In this document: piece by piece, positions 52,238 to 59,043 of the stretch
Position numbering within the stretch: the stretch's first letter is position 1
Layout: each line of letters opens with the position of its first letter
DNA from: an uncultured Alphaproteobacteria bacterium
Lineage (GTDB): Bacteria; Pseudomonadota; Alphaproteobacteria; Rhizobiales; Xanthobacteraceae
Length of the DNA stretch: 64,000 nt
NCBI GenBank assembly: GCA_963720115.1
Contig: CAVREN010000064.1
Location: forward strand, 35,753 to 99,752
Reading direction: 5' to 3'
Translations under genes and position numbers: made by a program
The notes under the pieces: generated by a model
Database searches by the model: none
Seen by the model: only the letters and a program-made list of their open reading frames with translations
Told to the model about the DNA's origin: nothing

Positions 52238-52519
52238 TACGGGCTGCGACGGCATCATCATCATCTCGCGCGCCGGCGCCGTCCGCGTTTGGCCCTCATA
52301 GCCGGGGCGTGCCTGATAGTGATTGAGCACGAACAGCCGTATGGCCGATGAGAGATTGCCGTGCTTGCGCTCCGAATCGATGCTGCCGACCAGATCGGAC
52401 AGCGTCACGCGGCGGCTAACGGCGATATCCTTCAGTCCGCGCCAGAACGCGTCCTCGAGGCTGACACTCGTCTTGTGCCCCGCAATCACGATGGAGCGCT
52501 TGACGACCGGTGATTTCAT
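52217..52519 (-). CDS. Ribbon-helix-helix domain protein (RHH_4-like)
   Basis: 100-aa ORF. The segment KRSIVIAGHKTSVSLEDAFWRGLKDIAVSRRVTLSDLVGSIDSERKHGNLSSAIRLFVL matches the family from memory. It overlaps the upstream DUF4169-like ORF by 4 nt. Confidence 0.75.
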   Translation of the reverse strand: MKSPVVKRSIVIAGHKTSVSLEDAFWRGLKDIAVSRRVTLSDLVGSIDSERKHGNLSSAIRLFVLNHYQARPGYEGQTRTAPAREMMMMPSQPVSILRAE

Positions 52520-52704
52520 GGCCCGTCTCCCGTTTCGATCCGGTGCCGGTCGAGGCTTTTGCAGGCTTGCTCGCGCCGGGATTGCTCCGCTGCGCGGTCA
52601 ATCTTGGGGCGCCCATGGGCGAGCCGGTTGGTTGCAGCCTCGTTCTCGGCTGCGTGCCTTTTGGCCCGCTTGCGCGCCAAGCGGAGATTAACAATGTCGC
52701 CCAT
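52516..52704 (-). CDS. DUF4169-like small basic protein (62 aa)
   Basis: MGDIVNLRLARKRAKRHAAENEAATNRLAHGRPKIDRAAEQSRREQACKSLDRHRIE, with the start chosen at ATG 52704. It forms a pair with the downstream RHH gene. Confidence 0.7.
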   Translation of the reverse strand: MGDIVNLRLARKRAKRHAAENEAATNRLAHGRPKIDRAAEQSRREQACKSLDRHRIETGDGP

Positions 52705-53270
52705 GCATAGCTCGGCGGTAACCAGATGCTGGTTGGCCGTTGGCGGCCGGGGTGATTGTGAAGAGATTACGCCGACGCGGTGACACTGCACCAGAGCAAC
52801 TTCCAACGCGATCACGCCAAGTTGCCATGAGGGAGCGTGACTATACCGGTTGAATCGCACAAGACACGGTTGCTTGAGAGAAAAATGGAAAACTGGTTCT
52901 TCCTTGCTGATACGCAGAGTTATCTAGACAATGCTTGCAGCGTACTTTCAATAATTGACGAATCGAAATCGAAATTCTGAAGATTGCGCCTTGATAAACT
53001 ATCGCGCACGGCGGCAATAACCTTACGTCAGCCGAGCGATATCCTCACCGCACTTCTTGCTCACCGAGTATCGGCGCGCGCCAAGCGTGTACCAGCCGAC
53101 CGATCCATCGTGGCTATACACGCGCAACGGGAATTGTCGTTATTCGCTCGGGCATTGCAGAGGCTGACGCAGCGTCACGAAGGCCGTTTCGCCTCGACGA
53201 TTTCGGCGGCGAATGACCAACGTGCAAGGGTCCGGACAATTCAAGGGGCGCGCGGCCGCTGGCGGACGCG

Positions 53271-53828
53271 CTATTTCTTGCGGAAGCGGTCGAGCCGTAC
53301 CACTTCGCCGCCCGAGCGGCCGGGAGCTGCGGCCGCGGCTTCCTGGGGAGCGGGCAAGGCTTCCGGCCCTTCGTCTTCGGCGACCGCGCGAACTGCCGGC
53401 GGCGCTTTCTCCATCTTCTCCATCTTTTCGGCTTTCATCGGCTCTTCGTCCGCCTCCGGCGCAGCGGTGCCGTCGATGGTTTCGAATTGGAAGCCGAACT
53501 GCACGGCCGGATCGTAGAAGGCCGTCACCGCTTCGAACGGCACCGCCACGCGCTCGGGAACGCCGCCGAACGACAAGCCGACTTCGAATACCTGCTCGGT
53601 CACCGCAAGGTCCCAGAATTGATGCTGCAGGACGATCGTCATGTCGTTCGGATAGCGCGCATGCATGCGGTCTGAGAGCCGCACGCCGGGCGCCGTCGTG
53701 TTGAATGTGATCTTGAAGTGATGCTCGCCCGGCAAGCCTTTCTTCGCCGCGTCCGCCAGAACGGTGCGCACGACGCCGCGCAGAGCCGCCTGCGCAAGAA
53801 TGTCGTAACGAATGTGGTCGGTGGCCAT
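53271..53828 (-). CDS. sspB: ClpXP specificity-enhancing adaptor SspB (alphaproteobacterial type)
   Basis: 185-aa ORF with an SspB-like core (HHFKITFNTTAPGVRLSDRMHARYPNDMTIVLQHQFWDLAV...VPFEAVTAFYDPAVQFGFQFE), an acidic linker and a C-terminal ClpX-binding-like tail (VVRLDRFRKK). Confidence 0.85.
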   Translation of the reverse strand: MATDHIRYDILAQAALRGVVRTVLADAAKKGLPGEHHFKITFNTTAPGVRLSDRMHARYPNDMTIVLQHQFWDLAVTEQVFEVGLSFGGVPERVAVPFEAVTAFYDPAVQFGFQFETIDGTAAPEADEEPMKAEKMEKMEKAPPAVRAVAEDEGPEALPAPQEAAAAAPGRSGGEVVRLDRFRKK

Positions 53829-53924
53829 GGCGAGAATCAGTCTTTAGGAGCCGGTAACTCAGTTAGCAGATATGGCACGATTCCTGGAGGTCCAGATCGC
53901 TCCGTCCTCCGATGATTGATGACT

Positions 53925-54240
53925 GCCGCCGTCCGTCGGAAAGTGGAGGCTTCTGTTGCCAGGTGCCTCCGAACCCCGCCTGACGCTGCTAAGACGCCAG
54001 GACTTTAGATCGGTCTTTCGGACTGCTTACGCAGCCAGAGCAACCGGAGCATAGTTGTCGTTGGCAACTATGAATTTGGCCCGATAACGGCGGAACCATG
54101 CCGAGCAAAAGCGCGCCCTTTACGCCCTCGTCGATCCTATTTCGACCCCATATTGGTGGAGTCGCCGGGTACCGCCCCCGGGTCCGAAAGGTTTATTCCG
54201 ACGGCCATTTATCGCCATAGCCGGCTTGCGCCGGCGAAAG
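53925..54240 (-). ncRNA. ssrA: tmRNA (ssrA), circularly permuted two-piece type; tag ANDNYAPVALAA
   Basis: On the minus strand the T-arm and acceptor 3' strand end in GGCGACTCCACCA, with the CCA ending at 54154. Four nt later comes the complementary acceptor 5' strand, GGGGTCG (54149-54143). The tag ORF GCC AAC GAC AAC TAT GCT CCG GTT GCT CTG GCT GCG TAA runs from 54065 to 54027. The outer boundaries are approximate (+/- 20 nt). Confidence 0.88.
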
Positions 54241-54644
54241 GAATATAAGCCCTAAAGGTTGCCGAAAAAAGGGCCGATCGCCGGTGTAGGGCTAGTTTCC
54301 GCCGACTGCCGCCTTGCGCTGGATCAAGGCTCCCTTCCAAGGCCCCCTTTAGGGGGAGGTAGTGGCGCGGTACCGTTTTGGATTTTCGCGTCTGCTTTAC
54401 CGTGAAAGTATAGGCGCCAGACATACCTGAAATATCAATGCCTTATCCTAGCCGATATTGGCCGGGGTAGCGGCCAGGGTAACGGGAAATTAAAAAGAGC
54501 CGGCGCCGTCAGCCTGAGCAGCGTCTTTTGTACCACTTCGCACAAAATTATTGACCTTTGATGCGAACCGGTACAAAAATGCTTAGCAAATTGCAGGAGA
54601 TTCAAAAGATGGCCAAAGCGACCGCGGCATTTTAATGCCGCATT

Positions 54645-54926
54645 GTGCCTGAAGCGTTGCAAGCGTTGCAGCGCCAGGCCGCGCTCTCAGGATGGAGCCA
54701 AAGCCAACTGGTCGAGGCGTTCGCGTTGAATTTGCAAGACACGTGGCTCTCGCGCTTCACCGCAGACGAGAGAGCGCGCTACGAGGCCGGCACGATGGAT
54801 CGTGCCGAGGTCCTCGAGATCCGCCGCCGTGCAGCGCTGCGCAAAGCCGACGCGATCGCCGCGCTGGCGGCGACGCGAGTCGATGAAACGATCTCGGGAC
54901 TCACGAACGGCCGGAGCGGCCTTTAG
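54645..54926 (+). CDS. Hypothetical small protein, possibly ribbon-helix-helix-like
   Basis: 93-aa ORF with a GTG start. The N-terminus PEALQALQRQAALSGWSQSQLVEAFAL resembles an RHH strand-helix pattern. No RBS was seen, and the ORF lies in AT-richer accessory DNA. Weak call. Confidence 0.3.
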   Translation: MPEALQALQRQAALSGWSQSQLVEAFALNLQDTWLSRFTADERARYEAGTMDRAEVLEIRRRAALRKADAIAALAATRVDETISGLTNGRSGL

Positions 54927-55392
54927 CGTCGTCGTGATTTAGCGCTAATCGCCAAGGCACCGGGTCAGCAACGCGACCTACTAGAAGCTTGCCGTCAATA
55001 CCGTAGCACCAGGCGCGATAGGGGCAGACCAGATTGCGCAGGCCTCTCCCGCTGCCGTTCGCGAGCCGGGCGCCGCGATGGCGGCACACATTTAGAAATG
55101 CACGCAGTGACCCATTCGGTTGGCGCACCAGAAGAAACGGTGTGCCGGAATAATCATGAGTAAGGTAGTCCCCGGACGCGGGAACAAGACAGCTCAGCCA
55201 ACCAAGAGAGGGCTGCGGGTAAAAAAGTTCGCGTTCCTGTGCGAGCTGACGCGGGCAAACGTAGTCCCTCACCGGGTTGCGCCCTGAGTTAACATCGCCC
55301 CGCTGCGGAAGAGCGCCGCCTAGCAGACATGGCCCACCCCGCCGCTTCACGCCGCCTTGCGAAGTGCAAGAAGCACGCGAAAGCTTCTGCAT
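54901..55392 (-). pseudogene. Remnant of a Rieske [2Fe-2S] ring-hydroxylating oxygenase alpha subunit (N-terminal domain only)
   Basis: The ORF contains FLLVRQPNGSLRAFLNVCRHRGARL...(17 aa)...CPYRAWCYG. This is the Rieske CxH...CxxH signature with the last His replaced by Arg. No catalytic domain follows. Confidence 0.7.
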
Positions 55393-55825
55393 CCAGGACG
55401 CTAACGGGCAGGAGTAGCTCCGTTTATTTTAAGATGAGCACGGCCGCCGGATGGGGATGAACCGCTTGACCGGCGACGAGGCGCGAGACCAGAGCACTTT
55501 GCCAAGCTGCCGGAGCTGCTGCGGCACTCGTCGCAGTGAGGCGTGCGCGATGACCGACTGGTCCGACGACGAAACCGACGTCCGGTCTATGCCGACCGCC
55601 GCAACTTCTACAAGGTTGAGACGTGGAGCTGGGACGGCCAGCGCGTTGAACGGATACTGTTCGCCGGCAGCAACCTGGATAAGGCGCGGGACATATTCGC
55701 ACGGCAATCAACATCGAACCGCGCATACGGCTGACAATCCGGCAGCGGACGCGGGTGCGCAGCAGCGGCCACGGAAATGAAAAGCCCCAGAAGGGAACGA
55801 TCTCCCTCTGAATGTAGCGACGAGG

Positions 55826-56075
55826 CTAGGGAGTCGGCTTGTTACGCGGGTGCTGGTTTGGTTCGCAGGGCCAGCTGGGCAGATAGCAGTACGGCTCCTC
55901 GCTCTGCGGATAGGTCCACCCGTCGTGATGTTCGATTCTGGGTGCGAAAACCCGCACCGAAGTTGCGTCCCAAGCCGGCCGCGCCGACGCGATGCCAATA
56001 GAGCCGCGCCGACGCGATGCCAATAGAGCCAAGCACGAGCGCCGCAACCAGCACAGTTGTGAAAATGCGAACCAT
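55826..56075 (-). pseudogene. Small exported-protein gene disrupted by a 25-bp tandem duplication
   Basis: ATG 56075 is preceded by GAGGAG (about 7 nt) and encodes the signal peptide MVRIFTTVLVAALVLGSIGIASA. The duplication (55981-56030) shifts the frame. Removing one copy restores a 74-aa ORF (…ASARPAWDATSVRVFAPRIEHHDGWTYPQSEEPYCYLPSWPCEPNQHPRNKPTP) ending at 55826. Confidence 0.7.
55981..56030. repeat. Perfect tandem duplication, 2 x 25 bp (GCGCCGACGCGATGCCAATAGAGCC)
   Basis: Read directly from the sequence: 55981-56005 is identical to 56006-56030. Both predicted peptides show GSIGIASAR twice, in different frames. Confidence 0.97.
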
Positions 56076-57423
56076 GTCAAGCTCCTCAGTGTTTCTGCGC
56101 GGTCTTGCCGTCAAGCACGACTTCGATCAGAAAATAATCCGAGAGCACAGCGTCACCATTAAATTGAGAGAAAGCAGAATAAATCCCGGTTTAGAGCGGG
56201 TTCCGTCAATGGAGTGGCTTCAATTAATAGTCATTGTCATTTCTGATACGCGCTACACCGTCGCTCGCGGGTGAGCCCTCGCTAGCGCGACGGACCGTAT
56301 TAGCGGGATGGCAGTAACGCGCTGGGCGCTGCTGCCATCCTTGATATTGTACGGAAAAACGAACCACTGCAGCTCGCGCAGAATTTAGTACGGCGCAACC
56401 CCCTGAAACACCGTCCCGGCATAGGGGTCAAACAGCGGGTCGTTTGCGTGCCCGTAGCGCAGATTGCTCGTATAGCCAAGAAACGACCATTAGCCATTGG
56501 GCATTGGCTGACCCCTCGCGTGCGCGTTTAATAACGAGAAGTGGCAATGGTGGGTTCCGTTAAAGGCCGCGCAACGCGGCGGCTAAAGGTACCCATTTCG
56601 GCAACCCACGACGTGTTGATGAATTACGCCGTTCGAAGAACGCGCCCAATCCAGAACGGGCCTGGATGATGCGCTGATGCCAAGAGTAGGCCGGAGCAGC
56701 GACCTCCGGCCTCTGCGCCTAAGGTCAGACGTTCGCGCTTATAGATCGTCCCCCGGACCTTCCGTGTCCTGATCGCCCTCGTCGATCTCATCCCGCTCTT
56801 GACGAGTTACGTCCATGCACGCGCGAGGTAGTGAATCCAACTCGCTGAGCAGGCTTTTTGTCGCCCCATCTATAGCATCAAGGACACTGGTTCTGTTCGA
56901 GAATGGATACGCGTATGTGAAATCTATGCCCTGTGATCGCGCTCGAAGCATCACGGTGCCACCATATTCAGCCGCCTGGGGATCATGACGGCTTGTAGTG
57001 ACATGGTCGAGATCGAACTCCGACGAGTGTTACCTGAGCGTAGCCTGCCATTATCATGTCCCTCCGATCGGCGGCGGAGCTCACGCGTTACGGACATCGC
57101 GTTAGATGTAGGGCCGCACCCGCAAGAGTCGAAGTCGGCACGAGGGCCGCGCGCCAATGGAGCTAGCGCGGCTACGAAGCAATCCAGCTTCCCGCGCAAG
57201 CCAACTGGACTGCTTCGGCTCGCAATAACGCACGCGACACGTCCCCTTTCCATCGTCACCACCGGGCTCGACCCGGTGGTCCATGCTGTATGGGGCGGCG
57301 CTTGCGCCAACCCCGTTCCGCCGTCGCTCGCAGATTAAGCGCTTTTGGTGAAGAAAGCTGCGATTCCTTCATTAGTGACAGCCGTCGCAGACGATGTTGA
57401 GGCAACACGTTTTCTTACAAGCC

Positions 57424-57476
57424 GGCAGAGCAGCTGACTCTTAATCAGCGGGTCCGAGATCCTTGTGCGCCCACCA
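57424..57476 (+). pseudogene. 3' fragment of tRNA-Lys(CTT), a possible att scar
   Basis: GGCAGAGCAGCTGACTCTTAATCAGCGGGTCCGAG-ATCCTTGTGCGCCCACCA contains an anticodon stem GCTGA/TCAGC with the loop CTCTTAA (anticodon CTT), a variable loop, and the acceptor 3' strand plus CCA. The 5' acceptor and D-arm are absent and the T-loop is deleted. Confidence 0.7.
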
Positions 57477-58367
57477 ACAAAATCAAACGCTTACCCCATC
57501 CGGCGGTCCACTGAGGAATCCTCGTGTCCGCACTATGTCCGAAAGTACACGGCAGGTTGGCGATATCAGAAGGCCGGTAGAGGCTGTGTGAGCCGCTGTT
57601 GGGCCGAAAGGAAAGGCACCTCATCGCACAATTCGGAAAATGAACAAGATCGACCCTGCCTCCACAGCCTGATGGTCGAACTGATCGACGACTTCTTCGC
57701 AGAATATCCGCCTGCCCCGATTGGTCAGAGAAGCTCGATACGGAAGAAGGACAAATTATCGAGGCTGTCGCGAAGACTGTGGCCGAACTGACCTCTCGGC
57801 AAAACGGCATTTTTGTCAGTATCTGATCGAGCAGTTGATGCGAGAGATCATGAAATTCGACGGCGATTTCCGTCGAGAAGAAGCAGCCGGTCTGGTCGCC
57901 CCCAATACGACACTGACTGCTAGTCCTCGACGAACCACCGGCTCACGGCGCCGCGACGGCCAGGCAGCAACCCAGCCCGACACATCCACCGAAACCAACC
58001 CGTGCGCGCTGAGGAATGCGCGGCCGCATATCTTCGATGCGACGCGCGCTAAAGGCTGCGCAACCGGCCGAGGTCGGGCGGATCGAGCTGCAGCATCCAG
58101 TGCCTCATGCTCCGGTAGACCAAGTCTTCGACTATTTGTGGTGCGGAGCGCGTGGTCACGTGGCCGACAAAGTCGTTCCCGAAGCGCTTGGCGCGCAGGG
58201 CGGTGGTCGTGTCGGCGTGGCGGCTCGCCAGGCGGCCGTTTTCAGCCCGTCACGCAACCGAGCAAAGGGCGCCCGACCGGATCGGTCAACGGTTACGACA
58301 GCCATCTCGATCCTATATTGTTGGTGCGTCAATCAACAGCGATGCCCTCTAAGGAAACTGGCTAAGC

Positions 58368-58988
58368 ATGCATGCGATGAGAGCGGTCTCGATTATAGCC
58401 ATCGTGCTCCTACTCGTGGCGAACGCCCTGGAATTGGTGCCAGGGGCGGGCCCATTCGAGCCATATCTATCAGGCGGCGCCCTGGTGCTAGGCCTTGTCG
58501 TCCTGGTAACGATCCTGGCCGGGCGCGCCCCGGAACGGGATGCTCGAGCTGCCGCCGAGGCGGCCCGACCGGTGTCGGTTCCGACTGGCGCAAACTATAA
58601 GGCAGATGCCGAGATCGTCAGCTTTTTAGCGATACTGCAGGCGAGAGGCCGCCTGGTCGATTTCCTGATGGACGACATCAATACGTATAGCGACGCACAG
58701 GTCGGGGCAGCCGCGCGCGTGGTGCATGCGGGATGTAAGGCCGCCCTACTTGAGCACTTCCAGATCTCCCCGGTGCGCGCAGAGAGCGAGGGGGCGAGAG
58801 TGCAGATCGCCGCTGGTTATCTGCCGGACGAATACCGATTGGTGGGCAAGATCAGCGGTCCCGCGCCGTTCTCCGGAGTGCTCGTCCATCATGGTTGGAA
58901 AACGGATGCCGTGAAGCTGCCGCGCGTTCTGCGGAGTTCGACCAATCGGCTTCCGACAATCGCACCGGCGGAGGTGGAGCTTAAATGA
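58368..58988 (+). CDS. Membrane-anchored DUF2760-like protein (first gene of the Hsp70-like module)
   Basis: 206-aa ORF with two N-terminal hydrophobic helices (AVSIIAIVLLLVANALELV and GGALVLGLVVLVTILAG). The soluble domain carries FLAILQARGRLVDFLMDDINTYSDAQVGAAARVVHAGC and GVLVHHGWK, which I recognise from memory as DUF2760. Confidence 0.75.
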   Translation: MHAMRAVSIIAIVLLLVANALELVPGAGPFEPYLSGGALVLGLVVLVTILAGRAPERDARAAAEAARPVSVPTGANYKADAEIVSFLAILQARGRLVDFLMDDINTYSDAQVGAAARVVHAGCKAALLEHFQISPVRAESEGARVQIAAGYLPDEYRLVGKISGPAPFSGVLVHHGWKTDAVKLPRVLRSSTNRLPTIAPAEVELK

Positions 58989-59043
58989 GCAGCGCGACGG
59001 GTTGGAAACGGACGGTATCGCGCAACCAGGACAAACCTCTACT

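Noticed and set aside
54209-54424. A 71-aa minus-strand ORF upstream of and overlapping the tmRNA gene.
   Set aside because: It overlaps the acceptor piece and promoter region of ssrA. It has no RBS and no protein-like features.
54551-54580. A sigma70-like promoter (TTGACC, 15-nt spacer, TACAAA) in AT-rich DNA upstream of the 54645 ORF.
   Set aside because: The spacer length is suboptimal and the downstream gene is itself doubtful. Such matches occur by chance in AT-rich sequence.
56739-57310. Two overlapping minus-strand ORFs (119 aa and a 71-aa acidic-tailed peptide), plus a 9-bp-stem hairpin at 56688-56712 downstream of them.
   Set aside because: No RBS and no recognisable domains. The upstream ORF runs through a REP-like palindrome (CACCGGGCTCGACCCGGTG). 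The hairpin lacks a T-tract. The coding status is unsupported.
57480-58360. ORFs 57465-57791, 57721-58365 and 58016-58600, and a 68-codon minus-strand open frame (...FGNDFVGHVTTRSAPQIVEDLVYRSMRHWMLQLDPPDLGRL) near 58047-58250. These were examined as possible integrase or transposase remnants next to the tRNA fragment.
   Set aside because: No recombinase or transposase motifs were found (no R..H..R..Y pattern and no DDE). The plus-strand ORFs are Arg-rich shadow frames. The minus-strand frame lacks a start and I could not assign it to any family.
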